This document shows, in pieces, positions 1 through 7,984 of a DNA stretch of 16,304 nt. Source of the DNA: Candidatus Zixiibacteriota bacterium (GTDB lineage: Bacteria > Zixibacteria > MSB-5A5 > UBA10806 > 4484-95); contig JAOZPT010000034.1 in assembly GCA_029932605.1 (NCBI GenBank), forward strand, positions 10,318 through 26,621, given 5' to 3'. A program made the position numbers and the translations under genes. The first letter of the stretch is position 1. Every line of letters starts with the position of its first letter. The notes below the pieces were generated by a model. That model was not told where the DNA came from, searched no databases, and saw only the letters and a program-made list of their open reading frames with translations.

Positions 1-25
1 CGCACGATAACAGGATTGTAAAATA

Positions 26-52
26 GTCAAAACTACAGGGGTTTTGACCTAC
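26..52 (-). repeat. REP-like element: GTAG foot followed by an 8-bp perfect hairpin
   Basis: The minus strand reads GTAG-GTCAAAAC-CCCTGTA-GTTTTGAC (arms 26-33 and 41-48). This is the same foot-plus-palindrome architecture as the elements at 15177-15536. Confidence 0.5.
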
Positions 53-92
53 ATGATTGACAAATTATGTAAATAAAGTTTCGGGAAATTTC

Positions 93-121
93 TTGACATT
101 AGTGATACTTTTCACCATCTT
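93..121 (+). promoter_or_regulatory. Putative sigma70-type promoter of the sdh operon
   Basis: Perfect TTGACA at 93-98, a 17-bp spacer and a weak -10 CATCTT at 116-121. RBS GAGGT at 175-179 precedes ATG 186. Confidence 0.5.
100..117. promoter_or_regulatory. Rex-like (or CRP-family) operator
   Basis: TAGTGATACTTTTCACCA has a GTGA-N6-TCAC core and matches 11 of 14 specified positions of the Rex consensus TTGTGAAnnnnTTCACAA. It sits in the promoter spacer. Confidence 0.5.
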
Positions 122-185
122 ATTTAATTATGATTATGTTTTTGAACACCTTATGCGATAAGATTATACAATATGAGGTAATACT

Positions 186-1898
186 ATGATAATTGATCAT
201 GATGTCATCATCCTTGGCACCGGTTTGGCTGGTTTACGGGCGGCGGTTGAGATTGCGCGCAAATCCGATGATGGTGTAAACATGGCTATTGTCTCCAAAG
301 TTCAGCTTATGCGTTCTCATTCGGTTTGCGCTGAGGGTGGTACCGCGGCTGTACTTCGCGAGGAGGAAGGGGACAGTTTAGACCTTCACGCCTGGGATAC
401 CGTAAAAGGCTCAGACTTCTTAGCTGACCAGGATGTTGTGTATAAGTTTGTGGAGACTTCACCACAGGAAATACTTCTATTAGACCACTGGGGCTTACCC
501 TGGTCACGGAGGGATGATGGCAGGATTCTTCAGCGTCCTTTCGGTGGTCACAGCTATCCGCGGGCGACGATGGCGGCTGATAAAACCGGTTTTTTTGAAA
601 TGCAGACTCTGTATGACACCCTGATGCGATATAAAAATTTCAGGCGCTATGATGAAGTGTTTGTTACATCCATCATTGCTGAGGGTGGTAGATTTTGCGG
701 CGTTACGATGATAGATATGAGCACTGGGGAGTTTCATGTGCTTCGCGGAAAGGCTTTGCTTATAGCCACTGGTGGTCTTGGCACGCTTTACGGTTTTACC
801 ACTTACTCGCAGACCGTTACCGGTGATGGCCAGGCGATGGCATACCGTGCCGGCATTGCTCTGGAAGATTCGGAATTCTTACAGTTTCACCCAACGGGGC
901 TTGTCCCATCGGGTATTTTGATGACTGAGGCATGTCGTGGTGAGGGTGGTTACCTGCGTAACAAAGATGGTGACCGCTTTATGGAGAAATATGCTCCGGC
1001 TAAAATGGAACTTGCTCCTCGTGATATTGTCTCACGTGCTGAGATGACCGAGATAATCGAAGGGCGTGGGTTTAAAGGACCAAAGGGATTGGATTATATT
1101 CATCTTGATCTGACACATCTTGGCGCAGATAAGATTAACCACCGTTTACCACTTATACGTGAGGTCACGATGAAGTTTCTTGGCCTGGACCCTATTTACG
1201 AGCCGATTCCTGTTCGCCCTGTAGCTCACTATTCGATGGGTGGTATTGAAGCAGATATCAACGGTAAGACGAAGATGGAGGGTGTCTGGGCAGCTGGTGA
1301 GGTGAGTTGCACATCATTGCATGGTGCAAACCGTCTTGGGACTAATTCCACTGCTGAATGCATTGTCTGGGGTGGTATTTCGGGAGCTGATATATTGAAA
1401 TATCTGAAGACTAATCCCCGGTTACCGGATATACCTGATGGGAAAGTTAAAAAGGAGGAAAAGCGAATATTCCAGAAGCTTCTTGAAAGTGATGGTGATG
1501 AGAACACATATCAATTACGCAGCGAATTACGTGAAGTTATGGATTTCCACATGGGGGTTTTCCGTACTGGCGATGATATTTCGGCAGGGCTTGATAAGAT
1601 ACGGAAGCTAAAAGAGCGTTTTAATAACATAAAAATTCAGGATAAGAGTCGGATTTATAATTCCAATCTGATTAATACCCTTGAACTTGAAAATATGCTG
1701 TTGGTTTCAGAGGCAATGATTGTGGCAGCGCTGGCGCGGGAGGAATCCCGTGGGGGACATGCAAGACGTGATTTCCCCAAGCGTGATGATGATAAATGGC
1801 TTAAACACACGCTGATAACCTTGACTGACGATGGACCAAAACTTGATTATAAAGATGTAACCATTACAAAATGGAAACCTGTAGAAAGAAAATATTAA
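186..1898 (+). CDS. sdhA: Succinate dehydrogenase/fumarate reductase flavoprotein subunit
   Basis: GTGLAG Rossmann motif, RSHSVCAEGG covalent-FAD His motif, and the QFHPT, TEACRGEGG, ELAPRD, HYSMGG, HGANRLG and REESRGGH motifs. 570 aa. Confidence 0.97.
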   Translation: MIIDHDVIILGTGLAGLRAAVEIARKSDDGVNMAIVSKVQLMRSHSVCAEGGTAAVLREEEGDSLDLHAWDTVKGSDFLADQDVVYKFVETSPQEILLLDHWGLPWSRRDDGRILQRPFGGHSYPRATMAADKTGFFEMQTLYDTLMRYKNFRRYDEVFVTSIIAEGGRFCGVTMIDMSTGEFHVLRGKALLIATGGLGTLYGFTTYSQTVTGDGQAMAYRAGIALEDSEFLQFHPTGLVPSGILMTEACRGEGGYLRNKDGDRFMEKYAPAKMELAPRDIVSRAEMTEIIEGRGFKGPKGLDYIHLDLTHLGADKINHRLPLIREVTMKFLGLDPIYEPIPVRPVAHYSMGGIEADINGKTKMEGVWAAGEVSCTSLHGANRLGTNSTAECIVWGGISGADILKYLKTNPRLPDIPDGKVKKEEKRIFQKLLESDGDENTYQLRSELREVMDFHMGVFRTGDDISAGLDKIRKLKERFNNIKIQDKSRIYNSNLINTLELENMLLVSEAMIVAALAREESRGGHARRDFPKRDDDKWLKHTLITLTDDGPKLDYKDVTITKWKPVERKY

Positions 1899-1908
1899 GG
1901 GTGGTCTT

Positions 1909-2349
1909 ATGGATGAACATAAAAAATATCCAAACAAACTTGGAATCATAGGTTGGCTTGGGGGTGGACGGTGGGGAATAGAGCGTTATCTTTATACTCT
2001 GCACCGTATTACGGGGCTGGGAATATTGCTCTATTTTTGCCTTCACATCTTCGTTACCTCCTCACGTTTATTTGGTATGAACGCCTGGGAAAAATGGATG
2101 GGGTTTTTTAAATCACCCATATTTAAAATGGGTGAATTCCTGGTTTTCGTCGGATTCGCCTTTCACGCTCTTAATGGAATCAGATTGATATTGATAGAGT
2201 TCGGTTTCGCAGTTGGCAAAGCTGAAGAACCTGTTTATCCTTACAAGTCATCTTTGAACACGCAACGCCCGTTGATGGTGATTGTGATGGTAGTTGCGGC
2301 AGTCCTGATTGTGGCTGGTGGTTATCAGTTCCTTGGGTTTGTTCATTAG
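1909..2349 (+). CDS. sdhC: Succinate dehydrogenase cytochrome b membrane subunit (large anchor)
   Basis: Three hydrophobic helices, LHRITG and FHALNGIR motifs, an extra His46, and operon context. Confidence 0.92.
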   Translation: MDEHKKYPNKLGIIGWLGGGRWGIERYLYTLHRITGLGILLYFCLHIFVTSSRLFGMNAWEKWMGFFKSPIFKMGEFLVFVGFAFHALNGIRLILIEFGFAVGKAEEPVYPYKSSLNTQRPLMVIVMVVAAVLIVAGGYQFLGFVH

Positions 2350-2359
2350 GGAGGTTAAT

Positions 2360-2734
2360 ATGAAAGAAACGAGATATTGGACATGGCACATGCTTGCAGG
2401 TATAGTGATATTATTCCTGCTTGGTATTCATATGATAACCATGCACTTAGATGCGATCCTGGGATGGTTTAATCCTGCCGGAGGTGAAGCTGTAGATTGG
2501 GGAAATGTTGTAGCAAGAGCGAAGATGGCTATATATGCGGTTATATATATCGCTCTGCTAGCAGCGGCTTTGTATCATGGATTTTATGGTTTTCGAACAA
2601 TACTGTTTGAATTGGGCTTAAAACATGGTGCTCAGAGTATTATAAATATACTGTTTGTTGTCATGGGTATTTGTCTTTTTGTGCTGGGAAGCTGGGTGGC
2701 AATTAAATTCCATGTCATCGCTCAGATAGCTTAA
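2360..2734 (+). CDS. sdhD: Succinate dehydrogenase hydrophobic membrane anchor (small anchor)
   Basis: Start re-assigned to ATG 2360 (MKETRYW..., 124 aa) after RBS AGGGAGGT at 2348-2355. Three TM segments, a YHGFYGFR heme-His motif, and additional His10, His24 and His29. Confidence 0.88.
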   Translation: MKETRYWTWHMLAGIVILFLLGIHMITMHLDAILGWFNPAGGEAVDWGNVVARAKMAIYAVIYIALLAAALYHGFYGFRTILFELGLKHGAQSIINILFVVMGICLFVLGSWVAIKFHVIAQIA

Positions 2735-2747
2735 GGAGATCAAGAAA

Positions 2748-3590
2748 ATGGCAAAGAAAACTCAGAAGGAAACTGACATAATCTTTTACATCCACCGTTT
2801 TAATCCTGATGTGGATAGCAAACCTTATACACAGAAATATACAATACGTGTTGAACCGGGGATGACTGTCCTTGATGGTTTACATCTTATCAAGGAGACC
2901 CAGGATGCTACATTGAGTTATCGGTTTTCTTGCAGGATGGGTGTTTGTGGTTCCTGTGGCATGCTTTTGAATGGCCGTCCTTCCTTAGCCTGTAATACCC
3001 AGATTCTCGATATCACAATGAAAAATCTGACTGTTGCTCCATTGCCGAACTTCAACATTGTAAAAGACCTTGTCCCGGAACTTACACCTCTGTTTGAAAA
3101 ACATATATCCATTCACCCATATGTAATTCAGAATAAAACGGATGAGATGTTGGATCCTACCGGTGAATTTTATCAGAGTCCGGAAGAACTTACTAAATAT
3201 CTTCAATTTTCATATTGCATAAAATGCGGGCTTTGTATGGCTGCTTGCCCTACTTTGGCAACAGATTCGGAATATCTCGGTCCTCAACCAATGCTTCAAT
3301 CATATCGTTATAGCATAGATACGCGTGATGATGGTTTCGACAAACGGAAAAAAGTTGTTGGCAATACTCACGGTGTGTTCAGATGTCATTATGCCGGTGA
3401 GTGTTCGAATGTCTGCCCAAAAGGAGTTGACCCTGCTCGAGCGATACAACTTATGAAACGTGAACTTGTATTAGATTATCTAAAGATTAAGAAACATAGA
3501 TCGACAAGTTTTATTATGGGCAAACCTGAAGGGGTTAAACGTAGGCCAGAAATCCCCAAGGCGCCACCTTTTACAGTTGAACAGAAATAG
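2748..3590 (+). CDS. sdhB: Succinate dehydrogenase iron-sulfur subunit
   Basis: SCRMGVCGSC...LAC (2Fe-2S), CIKCGLCMAACP and CHYAGECSNVCP (4Fe-4S/3Fe-4S motifs). RBS AAGGAG. Confidence 0.96.
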   Translation: MAKKTQKETDIIFYIHRFNPDVDSKPYTQKYTIRVEPGMTVLDGLHLIKETQDATLSYRFSCRMGVCGSCGMLLNGRPSLACNTQILDITMKNLTVAPLPNFNIVKDLVPELTPLFEKHISIHPYVIQNKTDEMLDPTGEFYQSPEELTKYLQFSYCIKCGLCMAACPTLATDSEYLGPQPMLQSYRYSIDTRDDGFDKRKKVVGNTHGVFRCHYAGECSNVCPKGVDPARAIQLMKRELVLDYLKIKKHRSTSFIMGKPEGVKRRPEIPKAPPFTVEQK

Positions 3591-3788
3591 CTGTTAAGTT
3601 TCCTGCAAGTTTGATAATCTGGTTAAAAACCTGGAGAGCAGTCTAGCGAAGCTGTCTTAAAACCCCGTTTTTCAATTTGGTGTTACGATAACTGCGATTC
3701 TTGCAGCTTATAAGCTAAAATGAATTTGAAATAATGGTCATTATTGTTTTATAGATTATTTTCAAGTTAGGTTTGTGATATACGTTGC

Positions 3789-6008
3789 TTATGACTTGAC
3801 GGTTATCGCCTTTTCCTCAGCAAGGTGATGTTTACAATTGGTGCAATAAAGATAATCCCCTCTAGCTATGGTTGATTTTTCGACCATAAAACTGTATCCA
3901 CATGCAGGGCATTTCCTTGGAACCGGTTTAAACCATAATGAGAATTTGCATTTAGGATATCTTGAACAGGAATAAAAGATTCTTCCTTTTTTTGACCTTC
4001 TCTCCAATAACTCTCCATCACAATCTTTTTCCGGGCATTTAACGCCGGTTGATATCGGTTCGGTTGTTTTGCATTCAGGGTATCTTGAGCAGGCAATGAA
4101 TCTGCCAAACCTTCCCTGACGTATCTCCATGGGAGCGCCGCAATTTGGGCATTTCTTATCGATTTGTTCGACGTTTTCATCAAGAGGCTTGGTGTTTTTA
4201 CATTTGGGAAAGGCGCTACATGCCAAAAACCTTCCATTACGGCCAAATTTTATAACCATGGGAGCACCACATTTTTCGCAAAATTTATCTGTATATTCGA
4301 TTGTTTGTTTTTTAATTTTTCTGATGTTTGCCTCAACCTTTTTCAAATTGGTCTGGAAAGGGGTGTAAAAATCATTTAACACATCTACCCAGTTTTCTTT
4401 GCCCTCTTCAATCCTGTCGAGCTCGTCTTCCATACTGGCGGTAAAAGCCGTGTTGAAGATACCAGGGAAATTGTCTATGAGTATCTTGTTAACCAGCATA
4501 CCTAGGTCGGTAGGTTTAAACCGTCGTTTTTCCTGGGTAACATATTTTCTTATTCCCAGTGTTGATATAATCTGGGCATAGGTCGAGGGCCTGCCGATAC
4601 CCTTTTCCTCGAGTTCCTTGACCAGGCTGCCAGCATTAAACCGTGGAGGCGGTTGAGTGAAATGCTGTTCAGGTTTAGTGTCCTTGAGACTTAGTGCTAC
4701 GCCTTTTTTAATTTCGGGGATTTTTCTTTTCTTATCGTCATTTGCCGAATCGATTTTGTATACTTTGAGAAAACCGTCAAAAATCATCTCTTGGTGGTGT
4801 GCTTTAAAAACGAATTCGCCACCGGAAATCTCTACCGTAGTAGTCCTATATTCTGCATCCGCCATTTGCGAGGCTACAAAACGTGACCATATAAGATTAT
4901 AAAGTTTATTCTGTTCACTTGTTAGATTTTTTTTGATCTTTTGAGGGGTTCTAAAAACCGATGTTGGACGGATGGCCTCATGAGCCTCCTGAGCCAATTT
5001 ACGAGTTTTATATTTTTTTATACCCGTTGGTAAATACTTGTCGCCAAATTTTGAAGATATGTACTTTCGAGCTTCAACTTTGGCCTCATCAGCAATTCTG
5101 AATGAATCGGTACGCATATAGGTTATGAGCCCGGTCTGTCCCTCCTCGCTTATATCAATACCCTCGTATAATTGCTGGGCAATTCTCATCGTTTTTTTGT
5201 TGTTGAAGCCGAGTTTGGCAAAAGCATCCTGTTGCAGACTGCTGGTGATAAAAGGAGGCGGTGATTGCCTCTTTAAAGTTCCCTTTTTATAAGATGAAAC
5301 TTTATATTGACGTTGTTTGATATTATCACAAACCTCAATGGCTTTGGAATGACTATCAATTTCAGGTTTTTTATCATTGATTTTTGTTAACTTGGCATAA
5401 ATTTTTTCCTTTTTTCCGGTAATAAATTCGGCATCAATGGTCCAGTATTCCTGGGGTACGAAATTTTTAATTTCATTCTCACGTTCGCAAATCATTCGTA
5501 GTGCTACTGACTGAACTCTTCCGGCGGAAAGGCCATAGGTGACCATTTTCCATAATAGTGGGGAGACCTGGTAACCAACAAGTCTGTCAAGTATCCTGCG
5601 TGCTTGCTGGGCATAAACCTTTTTAATATCAATCTTACCGGCATTCTTTATTGCCTCAAGAACTGCTCTTTTTGTGATTTCGTTGAAAGTAATCCTCAAC
5701 AGCTTTCCCTTGATTTTGCCTAAAATCATGGCGACATGATAGGCGATTGCCTCGCCCTCACGGTCGGGGTCTGGTGCAAGATATACTAAACTTGCGTTTT
5801 TAGATAATTTTTTCAGTTCTTCTAATACTTTGTTTTTGCCTTTTATGGTGATGTATTGCGGTTTAAAATTGTTATCGATATCGACTCCCAACTTTGATTT
5901 GGGCAGATCAAGTATATGGCCACCGGTTGAGGCAAGTTTATAACCTTTGCCTAAAAATTTCTTCAGCGTTTTCGTTTTTGTTGGTGATTCAACAATAAGA
6001 AGCTTCAC
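3789..6008 (-). CDS. topA: DNA topoisomerase I (type IA) with C-terminal C4 zinc ribbons
   Basis: LIVESPTK Toprim start, DPDREGE, SAGRVQS, the GLITYMRTDS catalytic Tyr, AQEAHEAIRPT, GIGRPSTY and four Cys-paired zinc-ribbon repeats. GTG start with AAAGGG upstream. Confidence 0.97.
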   Translation of the reverse strand: MKLLIVESPTKTKTLKKFLGKGYKLASTGGHILDLPKSKLGVDIDNNFKPQYITIKGKNKVLEELKKLSKNASLVYLAPDPDREGEAIAYHVAMILGKIKGKLLRITFNEITKRAVLEAIKNAGKIDIKKVYAQQARRILDRLVGYQVSPLLWKMVTYGLSAGRVQSVALRMICERENEIKNFVPQEYWTIDAEFITGKKEKIYAKLTKINDKKPEIDSHSKAIEVCDNIKQRQYKVSSYKKGTLKRQSPPPFITSSLQQDAFAKLGFNNKKTMRIAQQLYEGIDISEEGQTGLITYMRTDSFRIADEAKVEARKYISSKFGDKYLPTGIKKYKTRKLAQEAHEAIRPTSVFRTPQKIKKNLTSEQNKLYNLIWSRFVASQMADAEYRTTTVEISGGEFVFKAHHQEMIFDGFLKVYKIDSANDDKKRKIPEIKKGVALSLKDTKPEQHFTQPPPRFNAGSLVKELEEKGIGRPSTYAQIISTLGIRKYVTQEKRRFKPTDLGMLVNKILIDNFPGIFNTAFTASMEDELDRIEEGKENWVDVLNDFYTPFQTNLKKVEANIRKIKKQTIEYTDKFCEKCGAPMVIKFGRNGRFLACSAFPKCKNTKPLDENVEQIDKKCPNCGAPMEIRQGRFGRFIACSRYPECKTTEPISTGVKCPEKDCDGELLERRSKKGRIFYSCSRYPKCKFSLWFKPVPRKCPACGYSFMVEKSTIARGDYLYCTNCKHHLAEEKAITVKS

Positions 6009-6040
6009 AATACCCTTTCGGTCACCTCAATTACCAGTTG

Positions 6041-6292
6041 TTACTGAAAGGTATTTTCATCCGGTGATGTTTTTTCGATGTAATCATATTTTACCTTACC
6101 TTCAGATAGCATGTTTAGAGCTTCTATAGTTACTTTCGTAGCATACTTGGGCGGTGTTTCATCCGAATCCATTTGTTCATGTTCGGCCATACGCAACGCA
6201 TTTATTTTTCTGGCCAATTTAGCTGCAACTATTACCGCTTCGTATTTACCTTTTGCAGTATCTTCTATTTTTTTTGTGATGCTATAATCCAT
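6041..6292 (-). CDS. rpoZ: RNA polymerase omega subunit
   Basis: KYEAVIVAAKLARKIN and KVTIEAL..L.EG motifs, 83 aa, directly downstream of gmk, RBS GGAGGA. Confidence 0.88.
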   Translation of the reverse strand: MDYSITKKIEDTAKGKYEAVIVAAKLARKINALRMAEHEQMDSDETPPKYATKVTIEALNMLSEGKVKYDYIEKTSPDENTFQ

Positions 6293-6326
6293 ATTCCTCC
6301 CAGCTATTAAAAATTTATCGGTGGAC

Positions 6327-6956
6327 TTAACCTAAACCTAAAAGCCTTCGTATACTTTTTTTCCAATATTTTTTATCGGCCAAGCGCCAGGCCTTGTGGC
6401 GCTCAGCTTCAATAATTAAATGAATCTGCTTAACGGCCGACTTTAATTCATCATTAACCACTGCATAATCATAATATGACCAACTACTTAATTCAGTTAC
6501 CGCTTTTTTTAAACGCATCTGTAGTGATGATGGTTCCTCTGTATGACGGCCCTTAAGCCTCTTTTTCAATTCGGTTAGACTCGGGGGAATCAAAAATACC
6601 GTAACCGCATTCGGCATTGTTTTTTTTATTGATCTACCTCCCTGAATATCGATATCCAATAGCACAATTTTCCCCTGGTTAACGGTTTTCTCAAGAGGAG
6701 CTTTTGGGGTTCCGTACCAGTGCTCTAAATATCTGGCAGTCTCAGCAAACATTCCAGCTTTTTTCAAATCGAGAAATTCTTCGGTTGTCATAAAAAAATA
6801 ATCAACACCGTCTTTTTCTGTTTTCCTTGGACTGCGAGTTGTGGCTGAAATGGAAAATTGATAATCTCTATATCTTTTTATGAGCTGACGGCAAACGGTA
6901 GTTTTTCCTGTACCCGAGGGAGATGATATTACAACTACCAGACCAGGTTTTTTCAT
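6327..6956 (-). CDS. gmk: Guanylate kinase
   Basis: SSPSGTGKTT P-loop and the SISATTRSPR, DGVDYFF, YGTP and LDIDIQG motifs. Confidence 0.97.
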   Translation of the reverse strand: MKKPGLVVVISSPSGTGKTTVCRQLIKRYRDYQFSISATTRSPRKTEKDGVDYFFMTTEEFLDLKKAGMFAETARYLEHWYGTPKAPLEKTVNQGKIVLLDIDIQGGRSIKKTMPNAVTVFLIPPSLTELKKRLKGRHTEEPSSLQMRLKKAVTELSSWSYYDYAVVNDELKSAVKQIHLIIEAERHKAWRLADKKYWKKSIRRLLGLG

Positions 6957-7012
6957 ATAGCTAAACCTCTTGCCCTACGGGTGCATCATACCTGGATATT
7001 TTATAAAAAAAA

Positions 7013-7891
7013 CTATTCAATATTCTGGACCTGTTCCCGAAGTTTTTCCAGCTCCTCTTTTATATTAATTGTGAGCGTTGAGATTATGTGGTCAGCCGCT
7101 TTAGCCGATATGGTATTAGCTTCCCGGTGCATCTCCTGTAAAACAAATGTCAGGCGTTTTCCAATAGCATCATCTCGCTTGAGAGTTTGACGGAAGCTTT
7201 CCATATGCGCTTCGAGCCTGGTTGTTTCCTCGGTAATATCCATTTTCTCTGCGACCATGGCCGTTTCCATAGCTATACGCTGGTCATCAACAGGAATATC
7301 CTCTAACAGCTCCTTTATCCTCTGCCTGAGTTTTTCATGATAAATTTCAACATTATTAACAGCTCTGTTTTTTATCCGGATAACCGTATCCGCAAGTAAA
7401 TCCAATCGCTTAATGAAATCTACAAAAAGAGACTGACCCTCGGCCTGTCTCATGCTGCAAAGTTTGTCGAGGGCTTCGATGCACACCGACTGGACCAAGT
7501 CCCAAATCCGTTTGATATCGACCTCGCTTACTTCGGCGGTTATTAAATCGGGCAGGTTGACGAAATGATTTAAATTGATCTCATCGGGAAGATGGAAACG
7601 TTCTTTTAATTCCTTGAGAATCTTGTAGTACATATCGGCATAATCGTTACTTAAAGATAGCTTGCTAGTATCGGGATAGTCATTATCGATGGTCAAAGAA
7701 AAATTAACCTTGCCCCGATGAAGCTTTGATGATAAAAGAGCTTTGATTTTCTGCTCAAGTTCAGCCAAGGTTTTTGGTAAACGTATCTGGAATTCCAGAA
7801 AACGGTTGTTTACGGTGGATATCTCCACCGTCACCCGGTATCCATCTTTGGTTTTGTCGGCTCGGCCGTAACCGGTCATACTTGAAATCAT
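7013..7891 (-). CDS. yicC: YicC/YloC family endoribonuclease
   Basis: SMTGYG, VNNRFLE, RGKV, DITEE, GKRLTFVLQEMHREANTISAK and C-terminal EKLREQVQNIE motifs. Lies upstream of gmk. Confidence 0.95.
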   Translation of the reverse strand: MISSMTGYGRADKTKDGYRVTVEISTVNNRFLEFQIRLPKTLAELEQKIKALLSSKLHRGKVNFSLTIDNDYPDTSKLSLSNDYADMYYKILKELKERFHLPDEINLNHFVNLPDLITAEVSEVDIKRIWDLVQSVCIEALDKLCSMRQAEGQSLFVDFIKRLDLLADTVIRIKNRAVNNVEIYHEKLRQRIKELLEDIPVDDQRIAMETAMVAEKMDITEETTRLEAHMESFRQTLKRDDAIGKRLTFVLQEMHREANTISAKAADHIISTLTINIKEELEKLREQVQNIE

Positions 7892-7913
7892 AATGTCCTC
7901 AAAACAGTTTGCA

Positions 7914-7941
7914 ATAATAATAAATTATTGGCCGATGTCAA
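7914..7941 (-). promoter_or_regulatory. Putative sigma70-type promoter for yicC-gmk-rpoZ-topA
   Basis: Minus-strand TTGACA (7941-7936), a 16-bp spacer and TATTAT (7919-7914). RBS GAGGA precedes the yicC ATG. Confidence 0.55.
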
Positions 7942-7948
7942 TAACTTC

Positions 7949-7977
7949 TTGACAAAGTCGCTTTCTTTGACACTTTT
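7949..7977 (+). promoter_or_regulatory. Putative promoter for rqcH (possibly leaderless)
   Basis: TTGACA at 7949-7954 but only a weak -10 near 7971-7977. There is no Shine-Dalgarno before ATG 7985. Confidence 0.35.
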
Positions 7978-7984
7978 TTAATTC

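Noticed and set aside
48..75. dif-like site ending TTATGTAAATA
   Set aside because: It is only a XerD-like half. The upstream 11-mer CCTACATGATT does not resemble a XerC arm.
2309..2359. Longer sdhD start from the ORF track
   Set aside because: It overlaps sdhC by 41 bp, and a strong RBS supports ATG 2360.
3591..3788. Small palindromes (AGCTTATAAGCT at 3705-3716, TTGAAATAAT...ATTATTTTCAA) as IS ends or an sRNA
   Set aside because: They are short and AT-rich with no supporting repeat or transposase, so they cannot be distinguished from chance or weak terminators.
4127..4275. Direct repeat CCATGGGAGC(G/A)CC within topA
   Set aside because: It is explained by tandem zinc-ribbon repeats encoding CGAPM.
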